Assembly: GCA_964247055.1 (NCBI GenBank)
Contig: OZ176053.1
Coordinates: 7,874,001-7,938,000, forward strand
DNA length: 64,000 bases
Source of the DNA: Paragordius varius
Taxonomy: Eukaryota > Animalia > Nematomorpha
Reading direction: 5' to 3'
The notes under the pieces are model-generated. The model did not search any database. It saw only the letters and a list, made by a program, of their open reading frames with translations, and was not told where the DNA came from. How positions within the stretch are numbered: position 1 is the first letter of the stretch; each line of letters starts with the position of its first letter. The position numbers were made by a program, and so were the translations under genes. Positions 49,101-60,930 of the stretch are shown piece by piece.

Positions 49101-52100
49101 AAATACTGATGCTCTTACAAGATTATCAGGTCTTGTTTGTGTGGTGTTGTCAGGAGGCATGTTGAGAGCACTAGCAGCAGCAGCGGCAGCCGCGGCGGCT
49201 GCAGCCGCATCTACTGAGGGAGGACCGCCGACATTGCTTGTATTAGAGGCCAAGAAGGCTGGATTGATGTGAGGTATGGGCAAAGGTGGTGGTGGTAAAC
49301 CAAGTGAGGACGGTGGTGGTAAAGAGGGGAAATTCATACGCATTTCATCTGTTGTTTCGTCAAAATATTATACCATTTACAGTTCAAATTCACCCTTAAA
49401 CAATTCAAATTCACCTTCGAACATTTCAAATTTACCCTCAAATAAATTAGGTGTTTTTTAAGATTAAATATTGACTATATTTTTTTATATTTTTAAAAAA
49501 AGAAATTTTGTATGTAATCAAAAAAATACATAAAAAATAATAAACTTTACAATAAAAATATGTTTAATTTTAATGATGAGTAATATTAGACCGAAATTTC
49601 ATAATAGGGTGAATTTGAATTGTTCAAGGGTGAATTTGAATTGTAAATGGTATATATAAAAGATAGTTTTCGACAAAATGAAAAAACATGGGGTAACATG
49701 CAACGGTAATGAAGGTAAAAAATTTATTGGGATCAAATGTATATATATATATATATATATATATAAGATCTTAAATATACAAGATATTCTAAGCAAAAGC
49801 ATGGAGTGAAAATTTGTAATGGTAAAAAGTGGCAAATATTCATAAATATATCATTTATTACCATATATAGGTGTATATTCCCTATAAGGCCCCATTCGTA
49901 TAGAGCTTTTACAGCTAACTAATTAGCTCAAGCTGATAATCATTTTTCCGATTTTCGAATAAGGGCTAATTTCTTAATTATAATCATTTTAAGTTAAATA
50001 TACTGTACTTGGATGTAATTGGATTCATATTGCAAAATAATTGCAAAAAAAATTATTATTTATAATTAACAAGCTTTGCAATTATTTAATTAAATATATT
50101 TTATTTCTCAAAAAAAGTCTTGATGCGTTATATGTATTTTACATAACAATCGGGTCCGTTAGTTATGTGGAAGGGGAGATTTTAAATATAAACTTTAAGT
50201 AAAAGTAGGTGAAATTTCGAAAAAATATAAATGGTATTTTATAATAATCCATATTATAGGAAAATCGGAATGTTTAATGAGAAAAAGCGAGTTTGTAATA
50301 TAAGAAAAAGACAGAATATAATTTATATATATATATAAACTTTAACAGAGTGAGTCCAACACGCGGCCCTCCAAAATATTTTTGAAGCCCGCGAGAAATC
50401 TAAATACAAATTTTTACGTCTATATAAAATTAATTTTTTTAAACAATATTTTCGAAGTTTTTCCAATATTAGACAATGTTATAAGAAAAAAATGTTAAAA
50501 TAAATAGTAGTTTTTACAGTCTTGTATAAAATCTAATAAAATATTTGTTACGTTAGATTTTTCGATCAAAAAACGCGGCCCGTGAGCCATTTGTGTTGGA
50601 CACCTATGCTTTAAAAGATTTAAAGATTATATATATGTTAAATATATATTTCAAATAATGATTATTCTAAATTTCGCATCGGCAGCTGGAACATTAATTC
50701 GCTAACATCTAAAGGCTTGGAGATTGCTGACGTGCTTAAGGAAAGAAATATTCCAATTTGCGCTATTCAAGAATGTAGATGGCTAAATTCCGGAACCAAA
50801 TCCATTCTTGATTTTAAATTAATTTGGAACGGCAACAAGAAGGTTAAAACAGCTGGTGTGGGTTTCTTCATCCACAACTCATTATATGACAATATTAAGG
50901 CAGTTAATTATGTAAACGAACGCATTATATCCATTACAATCCTTATTAATAATATAACATACAATTTATTTTCGATCTACGCGCCTCACAACGGCCATTC
51001 ACTAAAAGATAAAGAAGCTTTTTGGTCTCAATTACATGAGCAAATAATAAATGTACCCGATCATCATCAACTGATAATTTCTGGGGATTTTAATTCACAT
51101 ATATCCACAAATCCTATTCAATCTGTACATGGAGGTTGGGGATTAAACGAGACAAATGAAAATGGTGAATTTTTATTGGACTTATCCAACAGCTGTCAAC
51201 TAAGCATAATAAACACTTTCTTTAAAAAATCCCTCAAACAACGTTACACTTACTCCTCAGGAAATAACAATTCCATGATTGATTACTTCTTATGCAAACA
51301 AACTCAAAGGAAAAATTATTTTAATATCAAAGGAATACCTTGCTTGAATTTAAACCATAAACTAATGATTTTAGAACTTGTAATAAGGAACACCCATACT
51401 ATTCACCCCCCCACAAAGAAACAACCTATCAGATACCGGAAACTTAAAGATGATAAAATAAAAAATTCCTACGCTTCCACAGTTGATAAACTACTATCGA
51501 CAAAGGAAACATTATCTAACCCAAATGAAATATGGAATAATATAAAAACTATATGCGTCAGTACTCTTGATTCCTTGGTTGGACGTTCAAAGCATAATCG
51601 GCGGATTCCTTCGACCCACAATTGGTGGTGGAATGAAGACATCCGTAAATTGACTCAACTTAAACGCAAAACCAGCCTAAACTACAGGAAAAATCCATCG
51701 ATTGAAAATAAAAACATCTACCTATCCGCAAAACGAAACTGCCAAAAAGAAATACGTAAAGCTATAAACATTAAAGCCCTTGAAGTTGCAGAAAATATTG
51801 ACGAACATACAGAAAATAACACAATATACAAATACATCAAACATTCAAACCCAACCAACACCACCACATATATAAAATCGGTGAAAACAGACAATAACAA
51901 CATCTGTCAAATTCCTACCATAGTTAATAAAACCTTTGCAAACTACTTTGAAAATACTTTAAATCAAGAAAATAACACAATCCTACCCCATGTACCGCCA
52001 ACATTAGGGTGCCCCGAATTCATTGATGCAAATTGCATTCAATCGGCGATTCTAAAATTAAAGAACGGTAAAACACCAGGATTGTCGGAAGTTACTGTCG

Positions 52101-55100
52101 ACATTCTTAAACCCATGGCTACAATAAGTGATCATTTATCAAAGCTCTTTAACCTCATCATACAAATGGAAGTTATCCCTGAAGACTGGCAAAACAGCAT
52201 CATCATACCCATCTACAAGGGAAAAGGTGATTCACTCCTACCTAGCTCTTTTAGGCCCATTAAAATCTTGGAACACACCTTTAAAATTTTTGAGCTCATT
52301 CTATACAATAAGATTAAACTTAAAGTTCATCTAGACGACATTCAATTTGGCTTCCAATCTGGCAAAAGCACAATTGATGCGATTTTCATACTCCGCCAAA
52401 TGCAAGCAGCCCATCTCAGAAATACACCCCTCTATTATGCCTTCTTCGACCTAGAAAAGGCTTTTGACTCTATCCCAAGATCGATGATAACATGGGCCCT
52501 AAGAAGTAAGGGAATCGAAGAATGGATTATCCAAAGCATAATGTTGCTATATTCCGGCTCCAAAGCCCAAATCAAAACTTTCTATGGCCTATCAGAATCT
52601 ATCAATATACACTCAGGGCTGCACCAAGGTTCTGTCCTGAGTCCCTTGCTATTCATCATAATAATTGATGAGATTACAAAGAACATTCGCAGGGGCTTAC
52701 CCTGGGAACTGCTCTTTGCAGATGATCTGGTAATAATGGGCTCATCTGAAGACGATCTTATCTTATCTATTGACAAATGGAAAAATTGCTTGGAAAGTCA
52801 TGGCCTTAAAATCAATCCCAGCAAAACAAAACTAATGCACGACAATATAATAAAGCCCATTAAGTACCCATGTAGAATTTGCAGCCTAGCTGTAAAGGCA
52901 AATTCTATATTGTGTACTAAATGTAATTATTGGATACATAAAAAATGCTCAAACCAAAAATCACTTAAGGTTGATGCCTTTACTTGCCCAAGTTGCATCG
53001 ACAACCTACCCATACCAGAACAAATTTTAAACTCAATCCCTAATACCTACAATTACGAAACTGTTACTCACTTTAAATACCTGGGTGACGAAATATCCGC
53101 AAAAGGAGGTATCAGTGATGGCCTCAAACACAGATCATCTGAAGCATGGAAAAAATACCATGCACTAAAACACATAATAAATAATAAATACATAAAACTT
53201 GAAACAAAATCGCAACTATATTCTACCATTATCCGTCCCGCACTAACCTACGGCACGGAATGTTGGCCCATGACAAAGTCAAACCTTGGTAAATTCCAAA
53301 GATCAGAATCCAAAATACTCAATACAATACTTTTTGTACATAATCCTAAACTCTTTAACTTTAATAATCACTTTGACCCTTATAAAATCCTTAATATCAC
53401 TGCTCTTGATCGCTTTCTAAGAGCTAAAAGACTGAGATGGGCTGGTCACATCCATCGTAGACCACCAGATAATTATATACATATAATGATGTCCTACTCC
53501 ACACCTAGCTCAAAGCCTGGCAGACCCTTCAAAAGCTGGATCAGTACTATATATGATGATCTTACTGAGACCAAATTAAAAATAGAAGATGCGGAAAATA
53601 GAAACAATTGGAAAACAGCAATAAAAACTTATCTCAAATCAGCTACCTTCAACTCTGAAGAACAACAGCTTTGATGATATATAATGATTACATAAATTGT
53701 GGTGAAATATAATATTCAACTAGGATGATAATTTAGGCATAAATCGATAAAATATAATCAATAAAAAGTGAAAAATTATATTACTATTTAAAGCCTAAAA
53801 AGGCTAAATTTTGAATATAAGAAGGAAATTGGTATGCTAATATTATGACTAAATAAACAGATATTATGAAATAAAAAAAAAATTTGGGTATACTTATGGT
53901 TTGTGAAGTGTGTACTATATTTGTGCTAATGATTTAAGCTTATACTTAAACGATAAATTTTAACCTAAAATTATTTGTACTATATATATATATATATATA
54001 TTAATATCAACATTTATATATGAATATTTTGCAAAATATTTGGTATATAGTAGAAGAATAAAACGAAAATGATAAATCGCCCTTAAAATTAATAATCCTT
54101 ATTAATATTATCGATTGATAATAATCTTATAACTAGTAATCTTATAATAATACTTAAAATTAATAGTCAAATTAAAAATTACCATTTATATTTTAATTAT
54201 TTTTTATATTTATACAATTTTTAAATAAAATGTTTAAGCAACGAGAGCCATTTCAGAAAAAATAAAGGATATTTAACTGATTTTTATTTAATATATGCTA
54301 ATTTAAAAAGTTGTTTACTTTTATCGTAATTTTACAGCTCCATATTTTAGATTTACCCCTCATTAAATAAAAACCTTAGTCAAATAATTGAAATATTATT
54401 TGGACAAAATCTAAAGCCTAGGTTTACTTTTTTATGGAATATATTTAGAGAACTTGGCGTTACAAATATACTTTGGCAAAGACTTATGATGTTCATTTTT
54501 ATCAAAGTAGGAATAACATAAAATTGATATATTTACATGGCACTATTATTGGATTCTTTATGTAGTCATAAATTATTTTGTTTGTCTAAATTGACTCTAA
54601 TAGGCGACGTAATTTATGCCAAATAAATTTAAGAGATTCCGAAACGTTATTAAAATTAGAAGGAAATTTATTATCAAATCATATGAGCATTCCTAACTTA
54701 TGGCGGTTGGCAAAGGACAAAAACAAACATTACAAATTATTGAAGGATGTATGTACTATGACAAATGATGTTATATTTTGATCCTCCAATATATCTCTTA
54801 GTATATTTATATTTGGTATAAGAAACATCACAGAGGAGTTGAAGATGTTTGTACACCGTTATCTTTAAACACGAGTAATATTTTATCGTTTACGGTTCTG
54901 AGATCATTTACTTCATCATAGTAAGCGGCAACACTAGATGAATATGTAACTTTTGGGTAATTATCTGCCTATTCCGGGAGTGGTATATACTCTATTTTGG
55001 ATATCTACAGGAAGTTTAGGATACTTTAGTCCAGACCCCAATGTGATTCCTAGAGAAAGAGAAACTACAGCCTGGTATGATAGTATGTTCGATAATCCAG

Positions 55101-58100
55101 GACCTAATTCCAGAGAACCGTTGGGGCAACCAACAAATAAAGAGAGTATATACAACTCCCGAAAAAGGCAGATAAATACCCTAAAGTTACATATTCATCA
55201 AGTGTTGCGGCTCACTATGAAGAAGTATATGATTTCAGAACCGTCAACGATAGAATACTCAATGAGTTAAAAGATAATGGTGTACAAACATCTTCAACTC
55301 CTCTGTGATGTTTCTTATACCAAATATAAATATACTAAGAGATACATTGGATGAACAAAATATAACATCATTTGTCATAGTACATTCATTCTCCGGTTTC
55401 GATTCATAGTCTTGTTTCAAAGCTTTGGTATTTTTTTCCTCATCACTTTATGGCTTCAATATAATCTTCTTCGTCTTGATGTCTGTGTTTGATAATTTTT
55501 TTATCAGCAGTCAAATAATCAAAAGGAATATCCCTAGAAAAGGGAAAAACATCTCTACATATTTTAAAATACTTTTTAATTGTGCCCACTATCATTTTAA
55601 TTTCCTCCCCCCCCCCGCCCCCATTTTTTTGATATTTGATTGCAGTGTGATACTTTAGATTAATACCAATACAAAGAAATCTTTCTCAGTATCAAGTGAA
55701 ACACTTCTTAGAGAGCATATAAAGATACGTGAACAATTAGCGATAGCTCTGTTTAACCATTTTTAAACCTACTTCCAAGTAGATGAAATTTGACATTCAA
55801 AACAATCGCATAAACTATCAAATCAATCAAATTGTTTTGCTGTTGTACTTCAAAAATGTAAAACCGGCATCAAATCTTTATCGCTGACCTCTATTCTTAC
55901 TTGAAAGCCAAAAGATTGAGTTTGGCAGGTCTAATACAACTGATAATCACATACTAATAAAGCATAATAGTGCCTTACAAGCTCTAAAAGAGCATTTAAA
56001 ACCTGGTCTTTCACGATCATTCACGATTTCGTTATGCTGTATATCTTATAGTGCGGCACGTAGAGCTTACTAGAAATGCAAAAATAGAATCATCAAAGAT
56101 CACCTTCAATTTCTAAAACCAATGTCATAAAATATAAAACCCTATCTTATAACCTCAAAAAAATGGTAAGCCATGTTCATCGGATTAAAAAATTAAAAAC
56201 AAATTTTCAGAAACAGCAATTAAAAGATTTGAAATTCATAGTGAACAAATAATTGTGAAGCGTATTGGTTACATATAGTGATATATAAATATCGAACGAT
56301 GAAAATTAAATGGATCACCGTTAATAGCGTTCGAAATGTGATGTTGATGATGATAGTGATAAAGTGGAAAATAAATGAATCAAACAAGGAATTAATAGAT
56401 CAAATCCTACAAAAGTGAAATAAAAAGATAAAGTAATTATTTTGGTATTTTATAAAAAAAAGAATTTATCAAATTATAATAGGAAAAACATGGGATATAT
56501 ATATATATATATATAAGTAAAAAAAACTATTTGCGTTACTATACAAAGTTTTTTTCCAACTAAAAATCAACTCACCGAAACAACTTATAAAAGGCACATG
56601 ATCTTAGAACATCATTATTTAACTATTAAAAGGGGTATCTCAAGCTTTTTGCATATGTTTTATAAAATCTTTCTATAATTCATCACCTTTTGGGGCAGTT
56701 TTACATTCCAGAGCAATATGAAATTTCAATATTTTAAAAGATATTAAGCCGAAATTCGCCCCACCATTTTTTTCTTAAAATTTTTTAAATCACAGGGTTA
56801 GAAAATGTGGATAATCAATTTTAGTAAGCTTTCAGGTTGCATTTCACCAGCAAATTTATTTGCAAAATTCAGCTCTGGGATATAAAACTGCTCCAATATG
56901 TCACGAAGTGTTAAACCGATTGAGTAGACAGATATGTTTTTCTGCATTGAATATGCAAAAGTTTTTATGTTTTTATTAAATAGATGCAAAATGCCTAATA
57001 ACGGCTTGACACTGTAATAATGTTCATTGGATGCTGTGTGTGTGAGGATTTTACTATAACTTATTTTAGGCGTCACACTGCTAAATAATCGATTTGGCAA
57101 TTTGAACTATATTAATCTAAATTAAATTTTTAGAAAATTTCATTTTGCTCTTAAAATTAAATAAATATCAAAAAAGTTTAATTTTTTTAGATGACAATAA
57201 CCATTTTTGACCATATATAAAAATGAACAATTTTCTCCATAGAACTTTCAATTTTTATATAAGTTGTGGCTCAAGTATTGGATTGGTATGTAAAACTGGC
57301 CCAAATTTTGTAAATTTAAAATAAACTTTTAATATTTAAAAGGAAAAAACAAAAGTTCTCGTTTTTCAAAAATAAAATTTTTTACGGAAAAAAAAATAAT
57401 TTCTATCTCTTTTTTCAAATTTTAATAAGTCACATTTCGAATTTTTACTTATTTTGTGCACACCGTGCAATATAACTTCTTAACTTTAATAATTAATTTT
57501 TTATAGTTTTTATTTAATAAAAATACGAAAATTTATTGAAAAAATAAAATTCAAATCAATCGTTTTATATCACATTTTTTTCAAGTTAGGCATTTAGTGC
57601 AAATGTTTCATTATCTGATACAATAAAATAAAATTATCTTCTTATAATTATAAAATTTAGAATTTATTATATGAAATTCCAATTCCATTGCGATAATATA
57701 TTTATGGAATAATTTCATTCATTTTGAAAAATGTCAAAAAATGTTCAATTTTATAATTAAACAAGCATCATTTCAAACCTCAAATTCTGGTTACAATCAA
57801 ATATAAATTTTTTACCCATATATATTATACATTTTTATTTATAAATATATATATATATATATATATATAATGAAATATGATGAGATCAAATCTTTCAAAT
57901 ACATATATTGAATATATGTTTATACTTTTGCTGCATTTCTATTCTGATACCCATAAAGGTTTTTTAAAAAGACATAGATTTAAGAATTATAATAACATAT
58001 AACATAATTAGTTTTGCACATTTTTAATATAGGAATATAAATAATCAATATCACAGGTTAAAATATACCAAATTACCAGTATCCATATTGCACCAAAATA

Positions 58101-60738
58101 ATTAATTTATAATGTATGAGCCAATAATATAAAAAAATATTCTCGAATAAAATGTAAAAATATAATTGATGACCATACATATATAACCGATAGTCTTTGA
58201 TAAATTTAACACCATGTTAACATAATGTGAACAATATATTGTAAACTCGTGTTTAAAACTTAAATATAAAATATATCCATACATAACAATGGCTTAATGA
58301 ATGTTACATAATATAATAGAAAATAAACTTGAAATGTTTCTCCCCATGTTTGATCCGAACGAAGGGGGTGGTCCATTGAAATGCTAAAAACAACAAATAA
58401 CGGATATTTGGTATTTTTTCATTTTTTTTCCATTCGTTTATTAGGGTGTTGTAATCCATAAAGTGAGCATCAAATTATTTCAACAAACATATCATATGAT
58501 TGAACACAATAGAAGTTAAAAATGTTAAGAAATACAGTAAAATACTTTAAATATAAATATACATAGTTTGCAAACATGTCACAAAAATTATACATTTCTC
58601 ATGATAATTATACATAAAAAAGACTAGGTTTAGTTATTATTAATAAAAAATGCGTAATTATTAAAAAAGATATTGTAATTTGTTGTTAAATGCCAAGAAG
58701 AAAATAATTACAAAATCCTTTTTGTCTGGCAAACCAAAGCGTTCACCCATTAAAGGTGGGAATCCCAAAGGTGGTGGAGGCATATCTATAATAATTTGAA
58801 ATGAGGTTTATCTCCTATATTCATGATATATTTGCTCGAAAATTACGTCAAAATTAAAGAAAAAAATGATAATTAGCGAATAAAATGAGTAAAAAATTAG
58901 ATAGAATAGGCAAATAAAATCGAATTAAATAGGAAAATTATATTTTAAGTAGGCACCTTTTTAACAGTTAATTTCAATTGGGGAGAGATACAATTACCAG
59001 CTTTTTTATCTTAACGAAAGTGTGCTAATTTAAAATTAGACGTGAAAAACTGCTAATCAACCTTTAAACGCTTAAAAACTGCTGAATAATATTGATCCTG
59101 AATGCTAGGTTAAATATTAATAGAATAAATATATTAATAAAACATATATTAATCAATTTAAGTTATGGGCATCCATGTTCAACACACTTAAAATATCTAA
59201 AGACCAAATTTTGTTTAAAAAACGCATAAAATCAATCAAAATTTTTGTTTCGTTTTCCTAATAAGTTCTGTTCACTAAGGGGAGCCGAAGGAAACTGGGA
59301 TATATTCTAACAGTAGGTTTGATATCAATTAATAAATATAATTTTGGAATTTAATATTTTTAGTGAAATACAAGTATTGAACTATGTACATTCGCTGTAA
59401 AAATTACTAAAAATCTAAATTTGCGTCTATAAAAAGATAATTAAATAGCTTACTACTAAGCATTTAAGTCAATTCATAAAAACTTTAGCCCTCAAAACAA
59501 AAACACCATATTGATAAAAAGCAAGTATTCAATATATATATTATTTCGTTATAAAATCTGGTCCTCTAAAGTAAAATCAACTAATTATTTGCTGTACTTA
59601 CTAGGCGGTAGCGTTAAAGGAAATGGGGAATTTATCCCTGTGGCTCCACCAGGTGCCATTAAGTGCAGGGGTGGAGGCAAGCTACCTGGATTAAAAGATG
59701 GTGTAGCACTCGATTGATGGAGTTGATGCTGAGGTGGAGGCCCAAAATTTGGATTTGGATTAGGTGTTGGTTGTTGTCCAGATGTCCCACCAACGTTACC
59801 GCTAGTTCGTTTAGGTCTCTCTAAACAGGTTTACGCAGTAAACAAAATTGAAAATAAAACAGAGCAATTTTTTATGAACGCTCAATTTGAATAAAAATAT
59901 AATGAAATTCACTAAGCTATTGGAGAACGGCAATCAAAGGTGTACGGCCATTCAATAGCAAATCCCCTGACATATGATGAACATAAAATCAATCATACTG
60001 TTTTATACCTTGTTTTTTTTATATAACTACTTTAAAATATTTGAGTGTTACCAATCCAATTTATATATCTGTTTAGGTTGTTTTAAAAAGGTTTTAAATT
60101 AATACTTTTAAAAAATATTTGTTCGTTAGTTATTGATTCGTTTGAATTATTATATTGGTATTAGCCTTTGAATAAAAATAAAGTACTATTGTCTGTATTT
60201 GTACCTCCAGTTACTGCCTTCGATTGATTTTCAAGGTGAATCAATGAAGTTTTTGTAAACGCAAATAATACTGGTCTCTGTCCATTTATTTCAAAATTTT
60301 CCAACTTTTCTTGTAATACTCGACTAGAAGCTTCAGATGCAAAATGTATTGCTGCAAATCCCTTTGATTGCCCGTTTGTTCTATTCTCGTAAAATTTAAT
60401 TTCTACACAATCGGTTACTCCTACATTGTAAAAAGCATTCAACAAATCTTCATCAGTGGTCCACTTTAAAAAATTAGATGATTGATACCCAGCATAAATT
60501 TCCGATATAAAATGAATATCTTTTCCCCAAATGTTTAACCAGTGACACCTGAGTTTTATTTGATAAAGAATCCGTAGATTGAGTATTTGGTGTCAATACG
60601 TCATTGTATAAGTCCATATCATTATTTTCATTATCATATTCATTCTGCAATAACGAAATATAAACATTAAAAAACCTGGTTGGCAAATTCTTGCTCGATA
60701 TCGTCGGCATACAAATCAATAGCCACTTCATCCGACAT
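43113..60738 (-). CDS. CPSF6: Cleavage and polyadenylation specificity factor 6 (CFIm68); exons 60738-60676, 60644-60489, 60463-60187, 59820-59602, 58785-58712, 58383-58329, 49348-49119, 48755-48635, ~48294-48197, 47791-47516, 46459-~46170, 43339-43113
   Basis: [18 protein letters not shown]; RRM YIGNLCW|WTTDEDL...[15 protein letters not shown]; Pro-rich exons with HINPAF; [28 protein letters not shown]...[20 protein letters not shown]; RS/RD-rich tail. Splice phases are consistent throughout. The donor of the penultimate exon is ambiguous. Confidence 0.93.
43440..44520. mobile_element. Old fold-back/MITE with long degenerate inverted arms in the last CPSF6 intron
   Basis: 43455-43830 aligns loosely to the reverse complement of 44130-44500 (e.g. 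GGTGCTTTAGGTTTTGGCCA vs GGTGCTTTTGGTTTTGGTCA; AAAATATATGCTAA.TTTGATATC). A further relative lies near 41900-42030. Confidence 0.5.
44672..44875. mobile_element. Tc1/mariner-type MITE (204 bp) with TA target duplication
   Basis: TA|CAGTCATGTATGTTTAGAAATGTCAGA ... TCTGTCAATTCTACATATACATGACTG|TA. Confidence 0.75.
44882..45502. repeat. Inverted-repeat element with 30-bp arms (44882-44911 / 45473-45502)
   Basis: GATAGCTAAAAGCTTCAG(T/G)ATAATGAATAT, one mismatch. Confidence 0.65.
45951..46125. repeat. 36-bp inverted repeat (45951-45986 / 46090-46125)
   Basis: ATTTCGATCATCATGGCATGATCTTGATCATAGTGG vs the reverse complement of the right arm ATTTCGATCATAATAGCATGATCTTGATCACAGTGG; 3 mismatches. Confidence 0.8.
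46880..47403 (+). mobile_element. Penelope-like element remnant: hammerhead-bearing pLTR preceded by an inverted partial copy
   Basis: 105-bp inverted repeat (46881-46985 / 47294-47398, one mismatch), hammerhead at 47254-47296, flanking 13-bp direct repeat ATACAGAACTTAC (46867-46879, 47404-47416). No RT or GIY-YIG ORF remains, so the PLE assignment is an inference. Confidence 0.65.
47254..47296 (+). ncRNA. Minimal type I hammerhead ribozyme
   Basis: GTCGTA-CTGATGA-GTGC(TAACAA)GCAC-GAAA-C(TA)G-TC-TGCGAT: full catalytic core, 4-bp stem II, 6-bp stem I with two G.U pairs, palindromic stub stem III; predicted cleavage after GUC at 47290. Confidence 0.85.
49369..49654. mobile_element. MITE, same family as 6968-7258, about 19 nt from a CPSF6 3' splice site
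   Basis: About 50-bp inverted arms TATACCATTTACAGTTCAAATTCACCCTTAAACAATTCAAATTCACC / reverse complement at 49606-49654. Confidence 0.75.
50346..50608. mobile_element. Degenerate hAT-derived MITE
   Basis: Ends CAGAGTGAGTCCAACACGCGGCCC ... GTGTTGGACACCTATG; flanks share CTTTAA. Confidence 0.6.
50665..53680 (+). mobile_element. RTE-clade LINE, family A copy 2: uninterrupted ORF, truncated by 11 nt at the ATG, antisense within a CPSF6 intron
   Basis: 985-aa open frame (50717-53674) nearly identical to copy 1; perfect 10-bp TSD ATAATGATTA (50655-50664, 53681-53690); short TGATGATAT tail. Confidence 0.97.
54751..55385. repeat. Long fold-back: 243-bp arms (54751-54993 / 55143-55385), 149-nt loop
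   Basis: Hand alignment gives roughly 90% arm identity with equal arm length. Confidence 0.92.
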
Positions 60739-60930
60739 GTTAGAAAAACAGATGCTATAATAGACCAATGTTGGATTCGGCCTTTTTTATTTCAAAATTT
60801 CTTCAATATAAATTTACAAATATTTGCCTTTTAATTACACTTTCAAATATATTTTGTTTTTTTATCGTTTGGAAAATTTTTCATCCCATACACCATAATA
60901 TTAGAAATCATTTCCATACCGATTGATCCC
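60739..60930. promoter_or_regulatory. Probable bidirectional promoter region for CPSF6 and UBXN6
   Basis: 192 bp between divergent start codons; no specific motif recognised. Confidence 0.6.

Noticed and set aside
54953-55270. 105-aa (+) and 64-aa (-) ORFs inside the fold-back
   Set aside because: No recognisable domain; explained by locally higher GC and the palindromic structure.
59910-59990. Naming the CPSF6 intron hairpin as a snoRNA, miRNA or SECIS
   Set aside because: C/D and H/ACA boxes are not in canonical positions, the stem is too interrupted for a pre-miRNA, and there is no SECIS core.
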